A stretch of DNA of 64,000 nucleotides, taken from the NCBI RefSeq assembly GCF_009914755.1, contig NC_060931.1. The stretch is one strand, 5' to 3'. The notes beneath the pieces were generated by a model. It was not told the DNA's origin. It ran no database searches and saw only the letters and a program-made list of their open reading frames with translations. Shown here one piece after another: positions 27,061 through 43,015 of this stretch. Positions within the stretch are counted from its first letter, which is position 1. Every line of letters begins with the position of its first letter. The stretch comes from the human T2T-CHM13v2.0 reference genome, Homo sapiens. A program made the translations under genes and the position numbers.

Positions 27061-27749
27061 CAGCATTTCAGGAAAATGTAATCATGAAAATGTATTTCTT
27101 CATCTTGCTCCCCTGTTCATGCCACCACCATTCTTCTAGTTGTGCTGGTTTGAAACTTTCACCTCAGAGTCACCTACCTTTGAGTCCTCCCTCACTCCTT
27201 TATCCCATCTCCAAATATTTGGCAAGTTCTATGTCCCATATCTCCACAACATCATCCTTCCGATCTGTACTGTCTCTGATCCCAGCACCTCCCTCCTGGA
27301 CCAGGCGGTGGCTCTGTCACTGGTGTGCCTGCCTCCTTCTTTCAGTTCATCGCTGCTCTTCCTGATGAGCCCTGGTGAAGCACCAGGCTGATCACATTTC
27401 CTCTCTAAAGGCTTACCTACCCAATCTATGGTCAAGAGAGTGGGTTGAAAAAGGGAGGGAGAGAAAAATACTGAGAGTCAAGAAGAAACAGAGAACGCCA
27501 TGGTTCTATTATTTACAATAAAGCACAACTCTCATGGTATGCCAGCTTGTGCAGTTTCTTTACATGGGCTTGCCTTGATGGAAAATGTGAGAAGACATAA
27601 TGTAAGAATTTTCTGTTTCTGTACTACCCTCCTTTCTGGCTCGTCATGTGTCATTCTACTTTCTCTTTAACCTAAAATTTCCACCATTAGAATTACTCTT
27701 TGGTTCAGATGAAGGAGAAACTACCTTTAAAATGTATGATATTTTGAAA

Positions 27750-27970
27750 GTAAGCTGCTTGTGCTGTTTGGGACTCAGCCACTTGTTATCAGTATTACCT
27801 CGAGCAAGGTTCTCCACCTCTGTAAACTCTAGTTTTCTTATCTGTAAAATGGGAACAATAGTAGTAGCATCTTCATAGGGCTAATGTGAGGAACAAATGG
27901 GATAATTCATATAACATACTTAAGACAATGTCTGGCACATTTTAAATACTCAACAAGGATTATTGTATGT
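27750..27970 (+). mobile_element. MIRb
   Basis: ctagttttcttatctgtaaaatgggaacaatagtag...gtctggcacat. Confidence 0.8.
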
Positions 27971-28024
27971 TAAGTACTATTGCCTCGAAGAGCAGAAATG
28001 ATTTTTTTAATGAAGTCTTGCCAT

Positions 28025-28200
28025 AAATATTAACTGAGCACTTACTATGTGCCAAACACTATTCTAGATGCTTGAGCTATATCTCTGAATAACACAGACT
28101 AAGATTCCTGCCTTCATGGAACTAATATTTTAATAGGGAGAGGCAGATAATAAATAAAAAATAAAAAGTTATATAGTATGCTATAAAGGGTTAAATCTTA
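28025..28200 (-). mobile_element. L2a 3' end
   Basis: actgagcacttactatgtgccaaacactattctag...cctgccttcatggaact. Confidence 0.8.
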
Positions 28201-28669
28201 TTAATTGACCATAAATCAGACTGTTAGAACCTATGCACAAGTTAGTGGGTCAAATACTGAGATTTCTGTTAGCTTAGACAGTATGGAGAAAAGGGTGGAG
28301 GAGAAGAGACTGTGAGAAAAAGACCTGAAGGGGAGCAGAGACCCACAATACTTGTAGGCTGTACACTACCCAGGTGAGTGTTAGCTAAGTGGGAGACTGC
28401 TGGAAGTCAACAGGGGATCCAGAAAGAGCCTGGTTATATTTTAGAAAGAATCACTACATCCTTAAAGAGAAATTCCACTTATTTCACATATTGCTTGGAT
28501 TAGCTTAGGTCATTTGGCTTAACATCTTGGCGCCTCATACAGGTATTTCTGAACTATCAAAATCATTTTCAAAGGATAAACATGGCAGTGCATGGTGTGT
28601 TCCAATGACTGGTGTATGTGCATATACACAGACACTTACATGTCAACCCTCATTTTTAAAAGAAGAAAA

Positions 28670-29327
28670 TGACGAGGTTGTGGGAAAAGGGAACACTTAC
28701 ACACTGTTATTAGAGTGTAAATTAGTTCAGCCATTGTGGAAAGCAGTATGGCAATTCCTCAAAGAGCTAAAAACAGAACTACCATTCAACCCAGCAATCC
28801 CATTACTGGGTATATAACCAGAGTAATATAAATCATTCTACTGTAAAGACACGTGCACACGAATGTTCACTGCAGCAGTATTCACAATAACAAAGACATG
28901 GAATCAACCTATATGTTCTTCAGTGACAGACTGGATAAAGAAACATGGTAGATATACACCATGGAATACGATGCAATCGTAAAATGAACGACAGCATGTA
29001 TTCTATGGGAACATGGATGGAGCTGGAGGCTATTATCCTTAGCAAACTAATGGACGAACAGAAAACCAGATACTGCGTGTTCTCACTTATAAGTGGGAGC
29101 TAAATGGTGAGAACTTAGGAACACAAAGTAGGCAACAACAGATACTGGGGTCTACTTGAGGGCGGAAGGCGGGAGGAGGGACGAGGGACAGGAGCAAAAA
29201 GATAACTATTGGGTACTGGGCTTAGTACCTGGGTGAGGAAATAATTTGCACAGCAAACCCTCATGACATGAGTTTACCTATGTCACAAATCTTCACATGT
29301 ATCCCCAGAACCTAAAAGTTTTTTTTT
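28670..29327 (+). mobile_element. L1PA15/16-like 3' fragment
   Basis: ORF2 end ([23 protein letters not shown]) and 3' UTR gggtactgggcttagtacctgggtga. Confidence 0.9.
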
Positions 29328-29340
29328 AAAGTGAGAGAAT

Positions 29341-29711
<371 letters not shown>

Positions 29712-32404
29712 CTACATTCCATTTTTGTTTTAATGTTTTACATATATGATTCTAGATAAAAACAGTTCATCATCGATTTTCTTATGCACTGAGGTAAATA
29801 ATAGACATAAAAGGGCATTATAAAAAGTAAAAGCATAAACACCATGCCAACAATATCTGCATTACTTTTAAGTAATATTAATAGTGCTACTAAGAAAACT
29901 ACAATTTCACAAATATCATTGGTGGTATCTTACTTTTGGAGTGTATTATAATCAAAGCTTTAAATCACTTAACTTCACTCAGGCTAACACTTATAATAAA
30001 GAAAAAAAATTTATGCTTGAAGAAACAAATTGTCTTTTTTACTGTTTGAGTATGAAAAAAACATGAGTCAAGATATAAATCCATTTTGTCTGATTACACA
30101 GTAAGATGTAGTACACAGTGGCTTGGTCACTAGTTACAAGGATCCTTTTGTCTTTTGTAGACAGTCATGTAAAACAGCTAATGCCTATGGCCTAGGCTGC
30201 TAGAAGGTTTTTGCCATTTGCTGAGTCATTTGAAAAGTGTGAAAGTGCTCACAAAACCTGATTAGTAAGTAGGTCATTTAATTTTACCTGCAGGCATAGC
30301 ACCTACAAGAGTCAGAAAGCATTTTAGATCTATGTGTCTGGGAAGAAAGGATATTAGTTGATGTTACGTCAATGGGCAAGGCAGTGGCTGAAGAAGGAGA
30401 AAGCAATTGGAAATCTGTGAACACCTCTTTGGAAAGTAGTATGATTCTAAAAATAAGGAAAATATATGTGATATGAAATGAAGTGTTGTACAATGGTAAT
30501 TTGCAGCTAAAGGTAATTAATATCTAGACTGGGGAAACAAGTTAAATTTCTTGAAGTGGTTACTTACTTTTATGCTGAAATAATTACAGTTGCTTTTGCA
30601 ACTCAAAAGATGATGAATAGTTGACAGCAAAGCAAGACTCAACAGTAATAACAAGTAATTATCTAGCACTAGAAATAGGGTGGAAGATGTGGAGAATAAA
30701 AGAGGGAATATAGATGATTCATCATATAGCTGAAGCTCACCTTCTTTTATTGCTCTTCTGTTTTGGTTGGGACTTTCCTAAGTGGTGTATAGGAAAGTCC
30801 AAAATAAGTTTTATTATCCAAATTATAATTTATATATTTTATTCTTATTATTTATTCCAGACCACTCCTCCAAAGGAAAAATAAATAGAACTGAAAGAGC
30901 AAAAATGCTAAGTTGAGGCTTTGTTTCATCTTTTAGTAATTAATTTCTTAAACAACAGCTTATTTATTAATTGCTAAATTAAGTACTGTATGAACAACAC
31001 CTCCTTCATGAGTTAATGAAAGCATACAGCGTTTCTGCTCAAAAGACATGTCTAAACAAAATGCATTATCTCCCAAATGGTTAGCTTATTGATACACAGT
31101 GAAGTCACATGGAAGCGACTTGTCATTTTGCTACCATGGCAACTGGGAGTGCCAATGGAATTTTTTTATTAACCTACTGTTTAAATGAAGGAACATTGCT
31201 CTTTTTTGTCTTAGGAAGAAAAGGGCATTTGTGGTAAATATAATTCTAAAGCGTATTTCCCCTCAGCTTTCTGCTATTTCCTAGTTTGAGTAAAATACTT
31301 TTCTTCAAAAGAGTCACCAGCTTGACAGTATTATTACTTAGATGATGGCTCAGTGCAGTCATCTATTGTGATCTATTCTGATATATTAAAAATTCCATAG
31401 TGCTTGCCGCATGGCAGGTACCCAATACATATTTGCTAAAGAAACAGACTTGGAATTAATCATTAAGTCAATGTATTCTAAGCAGATGGGTCATTGTGTG
31501 AGAATGTGAGAAAATGAATTCTGTTCTTATTCATATATTCCCCCTTTCTTCTTCCTGGTGTTTCTCAACTGCAAGCTGGAAAAAATAGATCTTGACAGCT
31601 AGGGTGACTTCCTCTGTATTTGACCTTTGATTAACTATCTCTTAGATTCTTGAAGACACTTAAGTTGGTCACAGTTACTCATCAGCAAGTAAGAACACAA
31701 TCATCAGATTTGTGTATGCTGCCAATAAAAACATACATCCGATAGATTCCTTTGGCCAATGCCTGTAATCAATTTTTACACAACCAGCCTAGGCCTTGGG
31801 TTTTATTATACTCATTTTCAATCACATAAAATCCCAAAGTATGGTTTTATACAAACATAGAGCTAAAGTAAGCAAAGCAAATAATATCGTTTGGGTCACT
31901 GAATTGTATGTGATTGACAGATTATAAAGTAATGTAGGCCTTATAGATTTCCTGTTAACTGATGGGGTGGATTGGTTTGAGGTAAAAAAATTAAAACCTA
32001 CAATTCAATGAAATAAATCACTTATTAAGTATAAAAATTATTAATAGCCTCAATAAAACACTATGCACATTTTATAAAATATTGAAGATTTGACAAATCC
32101 ATTTGTAAAATATTGGTAGTTAATTTGACTTATTTTCTTAACAGTGTGTTGCTTTAAACCTCAGTAATTATTTCAAAACTCTCTTCCCCTAAGATAACAT
32201 GTTGTCAATTTTTGTTTAAAGCAGCACTGGCATATACTAACAATGTTAGGTATCTTCCAAAAACAGGCTTTTTTTTTTTTTTTTTTGAAGAAGAAACCTC
32301 ACTGAATATCTTGGATATAAAGGTTCAAAATAGTGCCCCATATGGCATCAATTACTGTTTTAAATTTTAACAGTTTGGATTGAGGAAGCATCGGACCCAA
32401 ACTT

Positions 32405-32940
<536 letters not shown>

Positions 32941-33736
32941 CTCCAATTTCACTCATAGCTCAGGGAACCCAAAATAAAAACAGTGTTAAATTTCCTCATC
33001 AAATATAACTACAACAATCCATAAAGCATGCAGGTCATGACTTTGGCATTGGCCCTGGAGTACTCTATAGCCATGTACCGGATTCACAGAAAATAAGCCA
33101 TCCTTCATTTTCTGGTGCATAGATGAACAGAGTCATGAGGAGTATTTTTCATAGTGAAGTGTTCTTTAGAAGTTAAATGAATTTGGGAAATAATGCACCT
33201 ATCTTTATTTATGTGTCCTTATAAATATCTTTATTATTTGAAGTAATATAAATTATTTTGGCTCTATCTATGCAACAGTATGGCTGATATTGGGAAAGAC
33301 TTAGGAGCTTGACTATAGCTCACCAGCAGTGATACATGATAATATGTTAAAAAAAAAAATAAGCATCTAATGCAGAAGATCTCTCATGAAGAAAAACTAT
33401 GGTGGATGTCAAAAAATAGATGACAAATGAAAAATCTGTAGATCTCCAAAAAGTAAGAAATAATAGCATTGCATTATTTTCATATACCAAGCTATCTGAT
33501 TTGCTAAATGTTAAAATTACAGCTTGTTTACAACTATACTTATCAAATGAAATCAGGTGATAGGTAACATACACTTTGGAATTAGTACTCATAAAGCTCT
33601 CTGTTATAACAAATTATTTAGGCCACCATATTGTTTTATTAATTCCATAGTTTTATTTGCACAATTAAGTCCCTGGTGTAAACACTAGAGTAAATGAGGG
33701 GTAGATGTGAGAAATATCATTTAAAACTTGAACTCA

Positions 33737-34016
33737 GCCAGGTGTGGTGCCTCACATCTGTAACCCCAGCACTTTGGAAGGCTAAGGAGTTTGAGAGCAG
33801 CCTGGGCTACATACAGAGATCTCATTTCTACAAAAAATTTAAAAATTAGCTTGGTATAGTGGCACACATCTTTAGTCCCAAGTGGAGGATTGATTACTTG
33901 AGCCCAAGAGGTCAAGGCTGCAGTGACTCAAGATCATGCCACTGCACTCAGCCTGGGAGACAGAACAAGACCCTGTTTCAAGAAAAAAATAAAAAGAAAA
34001 GAAAAGAAAAAAAAAA
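33737..34016 (+). mobile_element. AluJ with internal deletions
   Basis: J diagnostics (cttgagcccaagaggtcaaggctgcagtg, agaccctgtttc). Flanks share tgaactca. Confidence 0.88.
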
Positions 34017-36777
34017 GAAAGCTGAACTCATCACCTGAACTAAAAAACCTGTCATACTGAGCAAGAAAGAAAGACAATGTCTGGGGTGATCACTTTTGAA
34101 GTTGATGTATATGCAATATATTTTCAATTTTAAGGCTTCTACAGTAAATGACCAGATTTAATTACCAACAGTACCAAGATTCCTTGACCACTGATATACA
34201 AGCACTCTACACTGAAGACAAACTAGGGCAAAGTGAATGATTTCATTTATTCATACATTTGAATCATCACTACATTGGAAACAAAAGATTTGTACCCTAA
34301 ATCTTATCCATTCCTTCACACCAAAGTCCATCTCCTCTACCCAGCAGATTTCCAAAGAAACTTTGGTTGCATAAATTACTTTCTTCATGATATTTCCATC
34401 TTTACCTCACTTGCATTCACAGTACAGAATTATTCACTACTTGGATGCAGAGACATAAATAAAATGACTCACCCCAATAAAATCAGATTCCTTGGTAGCT
34501 ATAGTCTTGGCTTTTGATCCATTCTTACAATATACAGGTATAACATACCTAACTAACTCCAGGACAGATCAACACTGCATTCTCACCAATAAAGTAGGGC
34601 AACCAACCATAATTCCAAGATTCTTGACTTGACTATTAATTTCCTGAATTTTTTAAGAGACTGGAAGAAGACAAATGACCCTTTTGTTACCAATTAATTT
34701 ATTTTTGAACTTCTGATTTTAATTCAATATTTAATTTAGATATGTTCTATATTTGGCATTCTATAGAATTAATAAAAGGAGGCTTTTGATTCCCTAATTT
34801 ATTATTTAGCAGATAATGTTTCAAGATTACATATTGAGCTTAAGGAAAAGAAAGATCAGTGACTTTCTATAGAAACAATATATATTTAGTTTGAAGCTTT
34901 TATAGTCTCCTCATGTAAAATTAATCTGGGCCAGAACTAGACTGTGTGGATACCACCAGTCCTCTAAGCAATGCAGACACACTACTCAGTGACCTTCATC
35001 GCATGGAAGGTTTAGTGGATCATAACTTTATCATTTTATCACTGTTAGAATCTTGCAATGACATTAACTTTTAGTATCACCATTATGTCCCTATGGCATC
35101 TATATTCTGAAATGCCCAAGGTAGATAGTAGAATACAGAGTCTACAGAGTATCAGAAAATCCAGATGAAAGAAAGAGGGCAGTTAACTATCCAGGGATTT
35201 CAATTATATTGAAAATGCTTTTCAGATTATATGGCATAAATCACATGTCTGAGTGATCAACTATTTTTTTTATTGAGGCTCTCAAGTACACACATACCAA
35301 ATTATCATGGAGGGAAGAAACAAAGAAGAGAGGGAGGAGTGAAATATTAATGAGTACCCACTAGGAGCTTTGGATGAGGTGCTTTTATTCTTGCTTTAAA
35401 TCTTGAGTTGAAGAATACCCTGTGCATCTGATTTATCTTATGTTCACGATACTAGCTATTATATTAGTTGATATTTTATCACACTAAATCTTATTATAAA
35501 GTTGATGAAAAGCAGAACAAAAATTCACAACTCAGCTTCCTTACTTTAAAAAAATTACAGAATTGGGGATATTATAACAGAAATATACTCGGCTATAGCT
35601 GACAGCCCCTTAATTCCAAAACCCACGTCTGTGAGCATTCATATGTAGAAAACATCTGTACATATTACAGGGAACAGGAAATTCTCCCCATTCAGGCCAG
35701 TGTGACTGTGGGCCAGACACTAAATGTTGAGTGGCATGGCCTGGCTCCCCCTCAAGAAACTTAGGAAAAAAGAGAAAAGTGACTTGTTCAAATCAAATAA
35801 TCAGCATTCTGATAAAAAAGAAAACATAAGTATCCAGATTTTCAGCCTGTAGATAACTGCATGCCTCTGAAGGGATAAAAAAGCGGGGGTGCAGGAGGCA
35901 GACAGAATATGATTTCTGCCTTTTTTGAGATTTTAGTATTCGACACACAACCAGCAGCCCCATGGCCTAGATCCATATGGTCTTTTAGGCATGAAGGGCA
36001 GCAGGACTCAGTTTCTATTCAATTGTCATAATCCCCAGAACACTGTGGTTTTAATCTCAGACTACTGTATTTCCTTCCTGATTGGAGAGCAAATTAAAAG
36101 TGATACAATATAAAGGAATGTGTATTGTGAACTGTCAAATAATCATTTGAGACTCCTGCTGGAAATTTTTCCATAAAACTATCAGAATAAAACTATCCTG
36201 TAATAAAAAAACAAAAAACAAAAAACAAAAAGCACTTGGCTCTACAGACTCTCAAATCACTGTTGCTGAGAAATGCAATTATCATCAGAGAGTAAGGGAA
36301 GTTTTAGGAATTAAAAATATAAAAGAAAATTTTAAGGAAATTTTAAAAGAGAGCTAATTAAGGCACTTCTGGCATAAGAGATATTGAGTTAATAGTGAGT
36401 TATCAAAATAAATACTGGATTCTTCAGAGAAAATGTTTATAATTTTAGATAAATCTTTACCTCCTTTAGAGAGATCAAGACAACACACTTATTTGCCAGG
36501 ACTAATAGAGACATAATACAAAACAGAGGGGTGAATACCAACCAGTAGCATCAGCCCAGCAGCTGACTCAGCATCCTACCCCTCACGGGGAGCAACTGGC
36601 TGGAGAGTTCATACCTGGTAGGGTGATGGTGCTCTGACTTTCAGACCCAAAGTATTAAGTATCACTGCCTAAAAGAAGGGGCAGAGCATCCTGTATTTGA
36701 AAAAACTAGAAAGGCTGAGGCTGGCCAAACTAGGCTATGGGGCATTAGTGAATCCATGTTAGAATAAAAAATGTGCA

Positions 36778-37150
36778 TGATATAGTTTGGCTGTGTCCCC
36801 ACCCAAATCTCATCTTGAATTGTCATTCCCATAATCCCTGCATGTCATGGGAGGGAACAGGTGGAGATAATTCAATCACAAGGGCAGTTTCCCCCATCCT
36901 GTTATTGTGATGATGAGTTCTCATGAGATCTGATGGTTTTATAAGATGCTTCCCTGTTTGCTGGTCACTCATTATTCTCCTTGCTGCCACCATGTGAAGA
37001 AGGACATGTTTGCTTCCCCTTCCGACATGATTGTAAGTTTCCTGAGGCCTCCCTAGCCCTGCAGAACTGTGAGTCAATTAAACCTCTTTTCTTTATAAAT
37101 TATACAGTCTTGGGTATGTTCTCATAGCAGTGTAAGAATGGACTAATATA
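36778..37150 (+). mobile_element. THE1 (D/C-like) MaLR solo LTR
   Basis: tgatatagtttggctgtgtccccacccaaatctcatcttgaattg ... gaactgtgagtcaattaaacctc ... ggactaatata. 5-bp TSD gtgca / gtaca. Confidence 0.93.
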
Positions 37151-37228
37151 GTACATATGTTTAACCTCCTGGAAAAAGGCTGAATAGCTATTTATCTCCC
37201 CATTTAGATCCAAACTATTCCTTTGGAT

Positions 37229-37432
37229 TAGAGTTCAGCAAATTTCTAAAAGAACTAGATAGTAAATATTCTAGGCTTTGCTGGCCATACTGTCTCTGTA
37301 ATAACTACTGTTATTAGAGATAAAACTGGACACATAATACATAAACAAATGAGCACAGCTGTGTTCTAACGAAGCTATATTTACAAGGTGGTGGACAGAT
37401 TTAACCCGTAAGAAGTCGTTTGCCCACCCCTA
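37229..37432 (+). mobile_element. MER58A hAT MITE
   Basis: gatagtaaatattctaggctttgctggccatac...ctgtgttctaacgaagctatatttaca...tttgcccacccc. Confidence 0.8.
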
Positions 37433-38584
37433 CATTAGGTTTTCGATGCTTTGTGTCTTCATGATCTTGTCTCCTAGATTTGTACTTGTAAATCAACAAG
37501 ATGCAACTTCAGTGCCAGCATTTGAGTGCACTACCTCAAGAGAGAAAAATATGACCATTTCTGTTGGTGTGGCCAGCATTAAGTGTAACATTTCATGTGT
37601 CAATTTTTTTTTAAACTTCTTCAAAACAACCAACCAGGTAGCTTTCTAATACACAGAAAAAAAATGGGGGAAAATATCTGTAGAAGGATCATAGATATTT
37701 GGTCTCTCAAGAAGCAAGAGAGGATTGTTCTTATGCAATCTTTGAAATAATATGAACAAGAAATTGCCAGGGGAAATACGTGTTTTGTGAGGCTGATCAA
37801 GAGTGGAAACACATCTGTTCCTATAAGTGAAGGAGCTTCTCCTTCAGTATTGACTGAGGGCATTGCATCTTTTAGTGGTAAATAACAGTATCTTGTTGAC
37901 CTTGCTTCCATTTTAGGGTATAATTATATAAGCAAATCTTCTGTGTGCTAAGGAATTTACCAGACATTTCATACAGGGAAGAAACATGGAGTCTGTAAGT
38001 GCTCCTGAATATTACATATAAATTTTACGCTGTTGTATCTGTAATATCCCATGTGTATGTTACATGGTCACCATAGAAATCAAGTTACTTATCATTTATT
38101 GGATAAAGCAGTATTCACAGTAATATTTTATGTTTGATAGAAAATTTGTCATTACCTGACATAAAGATTAGCAGTTACATGATAAAGTTGTATATGAACA
38201 ATATGCATATACACATAGCTTTTAAGTTTAGGACCATGGTTCAGTAAAACGAGCACAGCATATGAAAATAAGGCAAAGAAAAAGAACTATCTTAGGTTAA
38301 GCATTCCAAGATATTTGATTCTGTGTTGCATTGCAGCAAAATTTTGAAAATTGATTCAACAGGAGAGAGCCCTCTAGCAAGACTATGTGCTAATTTTTAA
38401 TATATTCAGTAATCATTTAGGAGCCCTCAATTTTTTCTTTTACAAATTTATCATTTGTCCAAATATATATGAAATGTTTCAGAATGAATATCAATCTAGT
38501 GGAAAAGAGAGAAAGACATGGCTGACGAATATGTCAAAGTAAGGAATTATATGAGAAATTTTTTTATGTATATAATATTCACAA

Positions 38585-38800
38585 GCACTAATACTTATTG
38601 AGCTCTGACCTTATGGGAAGCATTGTACTCTGCTTTTTGCATGCATTATCTCTTTCATTTTTCTGAACAACTGGATATGGTAGGTGGCATTTTACTCTTT
38701 TTATACCTTGAGTAACTTGCCCAAGTGGCAGCACTAGGATTCAAACCTGGGCAGTCTGGCAGTACAGGCCGGGCTTCTAAGCAATGGTGCACTCCACCAA
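38585..38800 (-). mobile_element. MIR
   Basis: gtaacttgcccaag...ggattcaaacctgggcagtctggc. Confidence 0.7.
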
Positions 38801-38959
38801 CATCCACAAAATGTTCTAAAAATTTTTGTTGTGGGAGATAGATGAGAGCAGCAGGTGGGAGTGTGGGTGTGCCTTGTGAATGGGATGTGGGCAGCCACCA
38901 CTTGGCATTCAGATAGAATCTCTGCCAGGAAAGAATAATGAAACTGGGAATCAAATATC

Positions 38960-39070
38960 CTATGGCTATCCCAGTTACTCTGATTTGATCATTACACATT
39001 GTATACATGTACCAAAATAACACAAGTACCTCTTAAATACATACAACTATTACATATCAATTTGAAAAAT
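38960..39070 (+). mobile_element. L1MA extreme 3' end
   Basis: ctgatttgatcattacacattgtatacatgtacc...caactattacatatcaatt. Confidence 0.7.
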
Positions 39071-39579
39071 ATATGGAGAAGCAGAGGGAAGTAAGATAGT
39101 CTCTAAAGTGTTGTCAAGTTAGAGTAAGGATATTCAGAAAGGTAACTAAGAAATGCCAAGAAAGTAGCTGGGGTGCACCAAGGACTGATATCTTTGGAAT
39201 GAAATGTCCAAACTTGTTGAATTAGGAAGCTACAAATATTTAAAAAGAAATACAAGTGCTCTGAGCAGATGAAAAAGTAGTAATTTTCTAAAAATAGAGA
39301 AATGATAAAATATTAATAATTAGGTAAGGCTCTAGTTTGCCAGGTCATGTGCCCCCTTTACAAGTCACATAATAGAAATGACTTGTAGAAATTTCAACAA
39401 ATATATATTTGAGGCCTATAATGGCTGACAGACAAAAGTGAAATAAAATCTATTTCATCATCCTGGAGGACTCAAGTTATTAAGATACACACAATTGCAG
39501 CCACCTGTATAACAATTATTTTGAGACAGTTCTCAAAATGATAAATATAAAATATATAGCTTAATCCCTTTAAAAGATA

Positions 39580-42022
<2,443 letters not shown>

Positions 42023-43015
42023 TGAAAGAGGAAAATAGGGTCAAGGAGGGAACTTGAAGAAGGGTATAATGGAGGAGATTCAATTGTATCTGCAATATTT
42101 TATTAAAAGTGAAAAGATCTGGGCAAAGATAGAAAAATATTAAAATTTATTAAATCTGAGTGGAATACACTCAGTTGTTATATTATTTCTTCTCTGTTTC
42201 TGGAGTCTTAAAGTATGGTTGAATATTAAGCAATCATTAAAAGAACACTTATAATCATATAAGAGTATGGAAATGTTTATGATGAGTAATGCTGCTTTAA
42301 AGCAAGAAAAAATTGTATTTAGGAATATAGGAATTTTGTAAGTGCATGTATATATGTGTATAATATTCGACTATGTAAATTTAGCATGTTTTCTCTCCTA
42401 CCAGTGAAACATTAGTAACTTTCATATTGTTTTCAAATGTTCACTATTAAATACAATGCTACAATTAATGTTCTTATATATAACTCCTTTGCAAATATTT
42501 TTCTACAAAAATATACTTGGCAATACAATCACTATGCTATCTATACTTGGCCTTTATAAAGCTATAGGACAATATAATGGAAGATCCCATATCATGTCCA
42601 AAGAAAGATTGTTGAACTTAGCTTTTTCTCTTTGCCTGCATCAAGCAGCCAACTGCTACCTGAATGAAAATTTGGGACAAATCTAAAACCATCCTTTAGC
42701 GCTGACCAACAGTCACACAACATCACCTCACTTCATCTCTCTCTACATTCTTTTCAAAAGTATTGCTTTTCCTTCAAACCTCCTTCTTTCTTAGAATCTT
42801 ACACTCTTGGTTATTCACTGTCTCCTTTGTATGTTCAACCCACTCTTATGATTAGACACAATTGAGATACAGGCTACTTGAATATAAATTACTATAACCG
42901 CCTTGGTGGGTGGGTGACAGTAATTACATATCAACACGTAAAATGCATAAAAATACATAAACATATTGACCAAACAATTCTATTTCTAGGAATTTATCAT
43001 AAAAATATTGTCATG

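Noticed and set aside
26714-27435. Overlapping 83-146 aa ORFs
   Set aside because: Low-complexity Ser/Leu/Pro-rich translations over decayed HAL1/L2, mostly with non-ATG starts and no recognisable domain.
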